In this document: positions 14,151 through 25,897 of the stretch, piece after piece
Layout of the letters: each line of letters starts with the position of its first letter
How positions within the stretch are numbered: the first letter of the stretch is position 1
Assembly: GCF_963921235.1 (NCBI RefSeq)
Contig: NC_086106.1
Coordinates: 34,844,001 to 34,908,000, forward strand
DNA length: 64,000 bases
Source: Mobula hypostoma
Lineage: Eukaryota
Direction: 5' to 3'
Position numbers and translations under genes: made by a program
The notes under the pieces: model-generated
Database searches by the model: none
Told to the model about the DNA's origin: nothing
The model's input: the letters and a program-made list of their open reading frames with translations, nothing else

Positions 14151-15309
14151 GATTAGAAGTCTGAATTAGACTGAAACTCTGCTATATCTGAATTGTGTGG
14201 GTCCCTTGATATCGGGCTGAAAGGACTCGCGTTCTGTAGTGGCAAGAGGAAATGACATAGTGTTTTCAGAGAAGCAATTGCGGTGTATAGAGGCGCAGAA
14301 GACATGATGCAAAGGAAGTATATGTATTGGTCTGGAATTGTTTTGGCGTCGATAGAAATAGTGAGGCATGATTCATTGACAGGGGCGGTTGTAAAATTGA
14401 AGCTAAGGATCCGGTTTACTTACTTATTGAAATAGAGACGAATAGATTCAAAAAGCAAAGGTCATAATTAGTCCACGTGAAGACCAGAGCAAAATGATGC
14501 GGAAAGCTATAAACTTTATGCGTTCTATGTGAACGCAAGAAGCAGCAATAATGTAGTTCGTAGCCCAGGAAAACCCGTTGATGGAGGTGCCGAGCAAACT
14601 GAAACAAAGGCTGTGCTATCTGTTCCTCGAAAAGACGCTCCTAAAGTTTCATCTGAGTTGTCATGGTTCATCAGGATAAATTAAGAGATGTTGAAGGATA
14701 TATTGTTCAATGTGTTGATGTTTTCATCCGCCAGGTAAATGAGTATATTAGAAACTCCCGTGCAAAGAGCTGGCCATAGTTTCCGACTTTCCCAAAGTCG
14801 ACCAAGAACATCCTTTACTTGCTAAGTGACAGCCATGATCAGGCTGTAAACTAGATTAAAAAGTAGCGGTATTGATAGTCTCCTCTCCTTTCAAAGAACG
14901 TCACATGCAAACAGCAATGTTTATCCTGGTGTCAATATTGCAATGCAAGACAAAGCCGCAGTAACCTACGCACAACTCTGCTGCTACTGAGATGACTTGT
15001 AGCAATATACTGCGAGGATTAAAATGTGTGTCTACCTTGAGTATGGGTTCGCCGCCCTTCTTCTGAATATAGAGAACAGAGCATAGAAAAGTACTGCACA
15101 ATGCAGGTCCTTTTGGCTCACATTGCTCTACCGAGCTTTTAAATCTACTCTAAAATCAACATAACGATGCCCTCCAGCATAGCGCTGCACTTTTCTTACA
15201 TCTGTTTATCTTAAAGTCTCTTAAATGTCCCGAATGTACTTATATCTACCACCACACTATGGCAGCGCGTTGCGTAGACTGACCAATCCTTGGTCTGACA
15301 TTCTACAAT

Positions 15310-16930
15310 CTGAAACAAGAGAGAATCTGCAGCTGCTGGAAATCAAAGCAACACAGCAGCCCAGGTGGCATTTATAGGGTTAGAAATAAAGCACGGTCAA
15401 CTTTTCGGGCCGAGTCCCTTCATCAGGATCTGGAGAAAAGAGATGAAGAGTAGATTTAAAAGATGGGGGAGGGGAGGGAGAAGCACTAGATGATAAGTGA
15501 AACCGGGAGGGAGAGACAAGATAAAGAGCTGGGAAGTTCACTGGAGAAAAATATACAGAGCTGGCGAAGTGGGGAGTCTAATAGGAGAGGACAGAAGGCC
15601 ATGGAAGAAAGAAGACGGGGAGGAGCATCAGAAAGAGGCCGTGGGCAGGCTAGGAGATAAGGTGAGAGAGGGGAAAAGGGATGAAGAATGGAGAAGGAGG
15701 GTTGCATTATCAAGATTTCCTGAAATCGATATTCCTGCTGGATGTTCTTTTCCAGCCCTGTATCTCTTTCACCAATCAACTTCCCAGCTCTTCACCTCTC
15801 TGTTTCACCCATCACCTTGTCTTCCTCCCGCCCCTCTCCCCCCAACCCTTTTAAATTTACTCATTTTTTTCTACAGTCCTCCGACGTGTCTCGGCCCGAA
15901 ACGTCAACTCTACCTATTTCCATAGATGATGCCTAGCTTGCTGAGTTCCTCTGACATTCTCCATATTCCTTCCTCCAGTCTTTTAAAAAATATATCCTCT
16001 CCTATTAACCAATGCCACTTGGAAAACGGCGTTTGGCTGGACACTTCATCCATGCCTGCCTCTTAACATTTTATACACTCTATAATTCTGTGATTCCTTT
16101 TTCCATTCGTCACTCCCCACTGATCTTCATTCTGGCACTTCCTCTGCCTCCCTCCCGGTTTCCCCTATCACTTTGTGCTTCTCTCTCCCCTCCCCCGCCT
16201 TTTAAATCTACTCGCAATCTCTTTTCTTCAGACCGCTGAAGGGTCTCGGCCCGAAACGTCCCTCCACACCACCATTCAGGGCCCTATACAGTCCTCTAGA
16301 TGAGGCAACAGTTCAGCCGCGAGACTGCTGGAGTCATCTATTGTTTCCCGTGCTCCCGCTGCAGCGGCCTTTACAAAGTAAATTGGGAGATTGCTTTGAC
16401 GAGCACCCACCGTCTGTCCACAAAAGAACAACCAGAAAATTGTGGCCAGCGATTTTAACTTCTGATCCCTATTCCCATTCCGACGATCGTTCTTTTACCG
16501 TCAAGATGACGCCACTCTGAGGTTGGAGGAGAAGCACCTCATATTTCATCGGGGTAGCCTCCAAAATGGGAGCATAAACATCGATTTCTCTAACCCAGTA
16601 CTTTTTCCGACTTCCTCTTCCTGCCTTTTTCCTATGGTCCACTCTCCTCTCCAATCTACGTTTGTAATTTTTTTTCTTTAGTCCTTTACCTTTTCCGCCT
16701 ATTACTTCCCTGATTCTCACTTCATACTCCCACCTCCAGCTACCTACCTTCCTCATAACCTAACTTCACCTATCACCTTCTAGCTTGTAAATCTTCCCCT
16801 CCGCTAATCTTATTCTGGTTTCTTTCCCCTTCCTTTACAATTTTGATGCAGGGTCTCGGCCCGAAATATGGATTCCTTTGCATAGATGCCGCCTGACATG
16901 TTTTTCCATCATTTCGTGTGCGATACTTCT
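15310..16930. mobile_element. Penelope-like elements: inverted terminal pair (about 15400-15565 vs 15745-15910) plus GIY-YIG fragment
   Basis: Plus-strand remnant RQQFSRETAGVIYCFPCSRCSGL at about 16303-16375 (GIY-YIG VIYC..C..C); pseudo-LTR sequence present in both orientations. Confidence 0.65.
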
Positions 16931-16979
16931 ATTAAGTCACTACTCACCCCCCGCCCCCCATTCCAAAGAAAAAAGCCCA

Positions 16980-17900
16980 AGCACGCTGGGCCTTTCATCC
17001 GACGACATGCTCTCTAATCTCCCCGAAATCCTGATAAATTTTTTCTGGACACTCTAAGCAATCACTTGCTTGCAATAATGAGGCGATCAGAAATGAACAC
17101 GACACAATCTGGTAAACCAGAGATTCATGGAGCTGCAAGATTATCCAGCGGCTCTGGAGCTCAATCCTCCGACTAATAAAGGCCAACAAAGCATACACTT
17201 TCTTAACCAATTTATAGAGTTAAGCAGGAACTTAAGGACGTGGACACCAAGTCCCCTCTGTTCCTCCATGCTTCTGAGAATCCTACCATTAATCCTGTTT
17301 TCTGTAATGAAATTCGACCTTCTAAAGTAAACGTCTTCTCAGTTTTCTGTATTGAATTCCATCTGCCACTTCTCAACTCAGCTCTGAATCCTATTAGAAT
17401 CTAATTTTAACTTACGACAACCATCTGGAATATCTATAACACCGCCAATCTTCGTGTCATCTGCCGGCAGACTAATCACCCTCCCACTTCTTCATCTAAG
17501 TCATCTGTAACAATTCCAAACAACAGGGATGGCATAACAGTTCCTTGCGGAATATCACTACTCACAGCCCTCCAGTCGAAATACCCTCCACTTAGTACCA
17601 AAGATCTGTTTCTGTGGGCGAGCTAATTCTGCTTTATTCAGTAAATGTGCCAGGATCGCCTGTCTCCTGACTTTCGAGATTAACCTAGTATGGGTAACCT
17701 TGACAAGTGCCCTACTAAAATGTATATTTACTGCATCCAGTGCTCAATCTTAATTGCTTGTTCTTTTCCCTTTCTCGAAAAAGTTCATCACTCTCGTGAG
17801 GCACCACCTCAACCTCACAAAGGAACGATCAGAACCCCTAATTAGATTTGGTTCTGCCACATACTCGTAGACGCTGTCTCTAGGAATTAGCTCTAATAGT
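16980..17900 (-). mobile_element. Decayed CR1 RT fragment
   Basis: MVKKVYALLAFISRRIE; gtgtcatctgcc (ADDT remnant). Boundaries approximate. Confidence 0.6.
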
Positions 17901-17959
17901 TTGCCCAGCAGGGACATAAAACTCAATGCTTTATAATTCCCAGAATAATGAGTTCTACA

Positions 17960-18790
17960 AATTTACGTAACGATATTTCTGTCTAAGTCAGTACTTGGTT
18001 GGCAGTATTGCCCCTGTTTGCCACATTCTCCCCTTACTTCGCTTTGAGTCGAGGACAGACGCAGATCGGCAACCTGCTGAGCACTTCGGAGCTCTTACAT
18101 TAATTCCCCCCTTAATCGTATCCCTTAGTTGTCAGATCCCAGCAAGAACGGCCCTTCTGTCCCCGCTTGTCACCCTCCATCCTCTATCTCCATATTCATC
18201 CAATCCTTCCCACCTGGCTACACCTGTTTGATTCTTTCTTTTGCCTTTGTCTGCCCCCACCTATCACATTACAACAACTTATCTCCCTTTTCCACATTTA
18301 TCTGCTGCTGCCCGTGTCCATCACCCCGGCTAGGTAAGATTTTCACCTCCAGTCTTTTGGGTCAGCTATCCGCTCTCCTCTTCATAGAAGCTACCTTCCT
18401 TCTCCACACTCAGTTCTGCTTCGATATCCGAAATTCTCCCCTCACAATCTTGCATGGCCTAGCGAATTTCTCCAGTGGTTTGTTACTGTGCCAGATTCCC
18501 AGCAGCTGCAGAATCTTGTGGCCCATTCCTATGTCTGTGCACCTCTCCTTGCGTCCTAATTCTCGAACGGTCCTCATTCATTCTTAGATAAGACAACCTT
18601 GGTCATATCTTGTCATCGTGGTCATCCCGGTTTAATTCTATCAGGAACACTAATTACTCACTGTGCTTTACAAGTTTCTTTATCTTCTCACAAGTTCTGA
18701 AGAAGGGATTTCAACCTCAATTGTTCACTGCATTTCGCTTCCCACAGACACAGCCTAACCTGCTGAGTATTGCCAGGGTTTCATCGTTTT
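17960..18790 (+). mobile_element. Decayed Penelope-like element
   Basis: Pyrimidine-rich body and terminal motif shared with the other PLE copies. Boundaries approximate. Confidence 0.45.
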
Positions 18791-19469
18791 CTATTTAAAT
18801 TCTTCGCAGTATTGAAGGTTAAGAAAATGTAACATTTTCCTCCAGATGAAGATAGTGCAATAAGATAGGAATAAACTTAAAATATTCCTCAGCCACTGGC
18901 ACTGAGGTTCGCAAGGAATACTTTTGCCTAGGAAGCTATTACTGCTATGGGTGAATGACTCAAACGTAATTGTTTAATTTGTATTAGTCGTGTGAGCTAC
19001 ATAGGTTGCTTGTTCATCCGAATCAAGAATTATTTAAAGGTGTATGAAAAAGCGAGAGAAATCAATCACTTGTGCTCTGTTTCTATACAACATCGTCACA
19101 TCCAATTTTACGATCACTCTGTTCTCTGTATGTAGAGTAGCTGTTATTACTCTGAAGATGAACAGAATTCTATAGAGATTTCATTATAAAATTTGATTAC
19201 CACGTTCCATTTGTTGTTCAGTTGTCAATCATGTCAACGTTAGCTATGTTGATTAGCATAACTCAACGTTATTTGATAAATGCTAATTTAGTAGTCCCAC
19301 CATTCCACTTTCTAATTACGTTTACTCTTCCTGGATTTGGACAAGCTAATAACCTGCTGGAAAATGGCCTTGTTTTCCCATCAGCTTCCTAACTGAGAAG
19401 TATTCCACCTCTTCCTCATACATGCTCCTCAGTTCTTCACCACGAAGATGTTTAAGCATAAGTAATTGT

Positions 19470-19475
19470 TTTATT
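19470..19475 (-). terminator. Candidate polyadenylation signal of the membrane mRNA (AATAAA)
   Basis: AATAAA on the gene strand about 510 nt past the TM1 donor. Confidence 0.4.
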
Positions 19476-19569
19476 GACAATTTCTCGTCTCCGTCCCAGC
19501 TGTTAGTTCTCTCTGTGCCTTTCTCTCTCTTTCTGTCTCTCTCCCACTCACTTAAACCGACAAAGATAG

Positions 19570-19610
19570 ATGCGCGTACACACACACACACACGCGCGCG
19601 CGCGCGCGTG
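19570..19610. repeat. 41-nt perfectly alternating purine/pyrimidine tract with (CA)n and (CG)8
   Basis: atgcgcgtacacacacacacacacgcgcgcgcgcgcgcgtg; (CG)8 at 19593-19608. Confidence 0.95.
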
Positions 19611-19984
19611 AATCGAAGAATCTAATCTATACGCATTCAAATGATGAATTAAAACTTATCGTTCTCTCAGCTTCCTCCCTCTCGTTTATCGCATTCTCCT
19701 GGAAAATCCCGCTGACATTGTCAGTAATTCCTCCCTTTAGAGTTATAATCTTCGTGCATGGCATTTTAATTATTTTATGTAGTGACAACACATTAATTCG
19801 CGTTATTCGGTATGGAATGTAAACACGGGGGAAACTACAGCGAATCCCAACCATACACTGGGGAAAATCTGAATTACTTACGTTAGAATAATTAATTCAC
19901 AACTTGCACCCGGATAAAATGTGAAATATACGTCAGAGATTGTAATGGGTTTGCTTCGGCTACTGGAACATTGATCGTCATTAC

Positions 19985-20142
19985 CTTAATAGTCGTTGTA
20001 AATGCGCTGTACATCATACTCATCATAAAGAGGATCACAAAGACGAGAAGCGTTGAAGGAGAGCAAACCTCTTCATCTAAGTTTTCAAATAGTTCTTCAC
20101 CGTCTGAAGAGTCATCCAGGTCTTCCGGAATTTCACCGATTT
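19985..20142 (-). CDS. IgNAR: IgNAR transmembrane exon TM1 (xIGEIPEDLDDSSDGEELFENLDEEVCSPSTLLVFVILFMMSMMYSAFTTTIK)
   Basis: Acceptor atttcgatttcag|AA (phase 1) and donor AAG|GTAATG (phase 0). Acidic spacer followed by the CART motif F-xx-LF-xx-S-xx-YS-xxx-T. Confidence 0.9.
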
Positions 20143-23059
20143 CTGAAATCGAAATATATATTTTCTTAGGAAAGCAAAATACACTGATGACCACTTCCCT
20201 TGAAGTACTTGTTTATCAGACAGTTCTGAACGTCAAGTTTCAATTTAACATTCGTTCAATGGCATTTAATAGATCCCAGATTCCAAACTTAATTCGCTGT
20301 TTGCATGACTGAATTGGTTAGACCATGTCCTAACTAAAGAAAATAGTTCTCTGCCGTCCTTGTCAATTTTACTTGATGTGCTTTTTAAAATTACTGATTA
20401 CGGATCTACTCGGTCCTGATTTCCGATAGTACAATCGCAGACGGTGAAATCCTTTTCTCTATTTTAACTTCTGGTACGTGAGTGCATAGAGCGAATTAGA
20501 GTTAGAATTAATTAGGTGTTGAGGAACTGGAATTCATCTTCCACATATAGGAAGTCGATTATATTCATCCGAAGACGTACAGTTCCATTTGTCATAATTG
20601 CAGTTAAATTCATGAAATTGACATCAAATGAGGAACAGGCGCTTGACGATATTCACCTCTTCACTCCTAAAATATTCCGAGCAGTTGCCTCCGTATCCCA
20701 TCCCCATAGAGTAAAGGAAAGATATAATTCAATAAATACTGTGATATCCCTTTCTTCTGGCGAGGTTTGCTTTATGTAGTTGCAGCTTGCCTTCCACTTG
20801 AGCATTCTAATCTTCTAAATGCAAATTTATACTTCGCTATTGGCGACTGCTTTAGTCCGTGACATTTTAGTAATCTGCATGCATGAATTTCCTTCTTCTC
20901 TTTCGAATATCCACGGCTTCTAACAGGCTGATGTTTTAAATATATTTTCACTTATCCTCTAAACTGAGCACCTGACACTTTACAATGTTTGCCGCAACAT
21001 AGCCCATTCTTTCATTCATTAATTTTCCTTCATAAGATCACATTGTTTACAATGCTGTCAGTATTATAGCCATCAGTCACTTGCACTTCTCTATACGGTC
21101 AGCTGAGCGGTTAATAATTGAGGAAAGGAGTACTAAAGGGGATGCAATGGGCCTCACCAAGCAAGACCATATAATCCTCAAAACTCACATACCTGCAGCC
21201 GAGCCAAGATAATAAGATACTTATATCACCACTCCAGATGTGAGATGAGAGATATCACCACTCCAGAAGCATATTAGGGCTCATCTGGAATTCATAAGGA
21301 CCTATACAGTCTTTATTGGATTGAATTCGACTGCAGATGACTCAACGATACTTACATAGCTACAAGTTACATCTCCTTGAAAATCTATTAACTATGAACA
21401 TGCGACTGTCCATTGCAGCCTCAGTCTGTGTTTTCTTTATTTTTAGCACTACTGGTGCTTTCGAAATAAATTTGTTGCACATTATTTTCTCTCTCTCCCT
21501 CTCGGTTATCCATCCCATAGGTTCAGTAGAAAGGAACAGCGTGTGCGTGAATGGATTTTAGGTGAGTAGGGGGTTGCAAAGTCCAGAGCCACCCTCTCGA
21601 CATCCCCTCCCAGATCCAGCGGGATGGTGGGGTCGAAGACGGCTGAGAGAAGTCCTGTTACAGTGAATGGTCAGACCAAGCTTCGATACAAAGGAGGCCC
21701 TTTCCGCACTTCACGGAAGGTGTTTGTTAGATGGCCATTGACACTGCGAGAGGGTTCACCCGCCCTTTTGACATGTCTTGTTTTCCGTCCTGCAAGGTGT
21801 TTAGCCACCCTGCTCAACAGGCAAGTCTGGTGGGGAAGCTAGTTTAGTTGCCGACCACCCGACCATGCGACTGGTAGTACTGGGTTACATGGTACCAGTA
21901 GCACTCAGACGAGTGACCTGACAGTATCAACGTATTAACCAGTATGTTTCAGAATTATTGCAAGGAGTTGAAGGCTACTTGCAAGGAGTTAAAGGACAAC
22001 AGCACAGTGCGGAATTAGGACTATTAGGATAGGTCGCCAGAGATTCATTCGCCCGTTGATATTCAATTTGACTTGCACAGCAAAGGAAAGCGCAGGGACG
22101 AGTGACGCAGTTAGTACTCACTGATTTGTAGTTATTTAGTATATCATTGTACCATTCACCGAAAAAATATCACGGGGAATATTTAACAACAAACGCCTTG
22201 GGGTTTTAAAACGCATGATCTAAATATCTAGATTTAAGTAGCATATCAATATAAATAGATGAGAAAAGGTGCAGACAGTTCTTGAACTATTTGCACTGTC
22301 TGGGACTTCCACATGACTGCCCAAAAATGGGTTCACCTTGAGATACCTGGTCAGGCTCAACGAGATTGAGAGGTCAAGGTCGAGGCTGTGGAAGCCCTGA
22401 ATTTCAAGATAAATATGTTCACAGAGAGACTTTGGCAGATCTTTAACTCATGTACATCAATATGCATAGGGAAGATAAGCCAAATACCCTGTCTGCTGGA
22501 ACACGATGACCCACTCTCTGCTGTATAAAAGGGCTCTCGGGAGGGAATTGCCACAGTTGTGGGTGCTCAGATATAATGCAAGGATAAGCTTGTAGTGGCA
22601 GTTCAGTTGATACAGACGTAGAAGTAGGTGTAGAAGCAGGTTAGAGCGAACATGGTTATCTATTTACGTTTCAATCAATTACAAGGAATAGGGATGGTGC
22701 CAGGTGAATGACTTTTGTATTCGCTGATGTCGAAGGCTTCGGTCTTCTTCATTCTCTTGAGCACTGGATGAAGTATACTGAGCGTCAAAGGTCAAATAGA
22801 GCATGGACTACAATGCTATTTACTTAGCATCAGGTATGTTTCTGCTTGAAATCAGCAACCAAGCATCACTTACTGTATTCATAAATATTCCCCATGGAAA
22901 CGGTAAAGCCATAATCCAGAAGTAAGAAGAGATATTATTGAAGGAAATTTCTTGGCGAATTTTGGATAGACTAACGTGAAATCTGAAAACCAGCAGCTTA
23001 GTTGATCTTTTCGCATACGTTTTTGGCATAAACGTGATCTATAACTTTGCCGAAGTAAC

Positions 23060-24720
23060 TGTTCTCGGCAGAATCTCAGAGTGAGATTAATCAGCTGGCT
23101 GAGTGGCGCCGCAACAACAACCTTGCTCTCAACATCAGTAAGAGAAAGCAATTTATGGTTGACTTCAGAAAGGGGAAGGCGAAATAACACACATCAGTCC
23201 TAAACGAGGGGTCAGCAATGGAAAGAGATGAAGTTTAAGCTCCAAGACGCCAGTCTTTCTGAATATCTATTGTTACGTACCCCGTAACTGGGTTGCCAAA
23301 CCAGCAGAAATGGATCACTCAGTTGGAGTCTGGAGTACTAGAACTAAGAAAGTTTTATTAAAGAAACAAGCAACACAGTAATCGAAAGGATAATAAATGC
23401 AACAATTCAACAATGATAACCACACATGTGCACAGAATTAAGATAACAGCATCAATCAAGCTCTATCGTTGTCTAGGGGTAAATGACCAATTTCAAAATG
23501 ACTCAAAGTTCAGTCCAGTTTGTAGTTCAGTTCGCAGTAATCGTTGCCATGGCGATGGACAAGGTGGGGGAAGAGAGACAGAATAGGAACAACTGATCAT
23601 TCAGAACACTGCTTCACTCACAGACCAGCGGGATGGCTCACAGACCAGCGAGATGGCTCACAAACAGCTTTTGGGCAGGTCCTTGGTGATGTCACCTGAG
23701 GTCACCGACTGTGACCCCTCCTCCAGATGCGGTCGATCCTCTGCAGTGAACCCGGCACCCAGGCAAGGGCGGACACACACCGGGTTCCCGCTGATCGTAC
23801 CTTTCCACCCTTGTCGTTGTCCGGTACTTCTCACCCACTCATGAGAAGCGCACCGCTTCCAGGGTCTCGTTACCTCGGGTGGCGTGTGTGCGTCTTAGCG
23901 AACCTGTCCCTTTTTATCCCCCTGCTGGGGTATCGCCTGTCCATCACTTCAAACAGTTCAGGGTTCAAAGGGGGGGAGCCGCTCCAGACAGCTCTCCCTC
24001 CCACATCCCTTCATTACACATCTCCAGACGCTGCTCCATTGTTCCTTATCTCTCCTTCCCCTGAGGGCAGGTGGCAGACCAACTGCTGATGCCACTGATG
24101 CTAGCCCAGGCCAGCAAACATCTTAATTTTATGTGTATTCTCGTAACACTATCCAGATCCCAAAATATAGATGCAATTAGGCAAAAAAAAAACGGCCAGT
24201 GTTATATTTCATTTGAAGTTAGAGAAGATTTGGTATGTCATCAAAGCCACCACTAATCTTCTGCGGAAGGCTAACATTCGAATCAGTCGAATCATCATCA
24301 GGTATGTAGGCGCTACCGCAAAGGATCGGTAAAAGATGTGAAGGGTTGCATCCAGCTCCTTCATGGGCACCTGACTCCCCAACATTGAGAACATCGTCAA
24401 AAACCGATGTCGCAAAAAATTGGCAACTGTCATTAAGGGATCCCACTCCCACCACCCAGGACACCTCTTTCCATTACTGTCACCAGGGATACAGAGGCAC
24501 GAAGGCACGCACAAAAGATTTTCGGAACAGATTTCTTTTCCCTTCACCAACAGATTCTAAACAATCCGTGAACTCATGAACATAGCTCGCTCGCTTTGCT
24601 CTCTTGTATCGCTTTCTTATTGTAATTTTAAAGCGTTTTATGTATTGCATTATGCTGATGCCGCAAAACAATAAAATTCACGACATATGTACATGAAAAT
24701 AAACTTGATCCTCATCCTTA
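23060..24720 (+). mobile_element. Rex1/L2-like LINE 3' fragment interrupted by a solo LTR
   Basis: EINQLAEWRRNNNLALNISK..FMVDFRK before the LTR, continuing after it (IDAIRQKK..Q.YF). Confidence 0.6.
23271..24148 (-). mobile_element. Solo LTR (family B, Gypsy-type) with exact 4-bp TSD CTAT, in the C5-TM intron
   Basis: TGTTACG...CGTAACA termini; CTAT at 23267-23270 and 24149-24152. AATAAA (23359-23354) and a TATA-like GATAAAAAGG on the minus strand set the orientation. Homologous to 63127-63950. Confidence 0.9.
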
Positions 24721-25032
24721 TTCCGAGCTGTTGTCTATGGACCTTTTCCTTTCAAAGTTCAGATGAGAGGTACAGATGCACGAATGAGTCCATCCGTCAA
24801 ACTAGATCTCGAATATAATCTCCACGAAGAGCTAGGATCTGAATAACCTCAGTAATTTCCCCTACTTTGTTGCCTCTCCCGTCACCCTGCCATATTTGCA
24901 ATATGTCAGAAGGAAAGTATAGAAGTATACCAGATATATTAATGAAGCTAATATATAAAGCCAAATCATGGTTTACTCTTAGTTGCAAAGATAAGAGAAC
25001 ACACCTGGAAGCTAAGAGGTTTTCATGCTGAA

Positions 25033-25038
25033 TTTATT
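25033..25038 (-). terminator. Probable polyadenylation signal of the secretory mRNA (AATAAA)
   Basis: First AATAAA found on the gene strand after the secretory stop, about 300 nt downstream. Confidence 0.6.
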
Positions 25039-25337
25039 TCAATGTAATGTGGCATACAGAATAAATCGCTATCTGCTATCGATTCCGTAACATACTAACA
25101 TCTGCGAAGTACTATACTTACAGAATCACTGTAAAGTTAAAAACGTTCTAATGTTCTCGCGAGCTCATCACAACATTATCGAACTGATGAGATTAATGGA
25201 ATATTTCACTTGTGGTGGGATAATCTGAAGAGTGAATGCTATGCGTGGTCTTTTGTAAATCAGTAAAACGGAAACTCAAACAGCTACGCAGTAAGCAAGA
25301 AACACTTCCAAAGTATTAGTCATTGAGTCAAGCATAA

Positions 25338-25720
25338 TTAGACGCACGATGTAAAGCTGTCAGTTAGTACGAGTGACACGTTAACTAAAGTAGGTTTAAC
25401 GTGGTATTTATTAATACTTCTGACTAAATTTGTTGGTAACGACGGATGTCCAACCAAACAACTATAGGTGGTTCCCTTCTCCCAATCTTCTGCGCTGATC
25501 CTCAGTTTGCTAGTAACCGAGTTAGAGCCGTTTTCTTTATCGCTGTTAAATTGGATGGAGTTTCCGGAAGGTAAAAGAGTGTCATTGGCCATCCAGCCGA
25601 CGTATATATCTTCCGGATGAAAACCGGTTGCAAGGCAAATTAGGGTAGCTGCTTCCTCGGCTTGAATCTCCTCAGCTGATGGGTAAAAGAGGTAGACTTT
25701 CGGACGGTGCACTTCAGTAA
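25338..25720 (-). CDS. IgNAR: IgNAR C5 exon plus secretory tail (...YSCLVGHPSLPTNLVRSINKYHV-KPTLVNVSLVLTDSFTSCV*)
   Basis: Acceptor ttttcctattccag|TT; open to TAA at 25340-25338; tail has an NVS sequon and a penultimate Cys. Confidence 0.96.
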
Positions 25721-25897
25721 CTGGAATAGGAAAATATATGTTAAATTAGTTTCGTCTATGATTTGCAGATTACTCCGTAATCCTCCAGATTAGAGGAGCT
25801 TTTATTTACTATTCAATTGACTGGTTCATGAATGTCACTGTCCAACAGTTTATTTAATGAACTATGTGACCTCAACACGGAGTTTAATTGCACTTAC

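Noticed and set aside
5870-20826. Perfect octamers at 5870-5877, 7381-7388 and 20819-20826 as a possible 3' enhancer or second V promoter
   Set aside because: About two exact matches are expected by chance in 64 kb on two strands, more in AT-rich DNA. No leader, V exon or motif cluster lies next to them.
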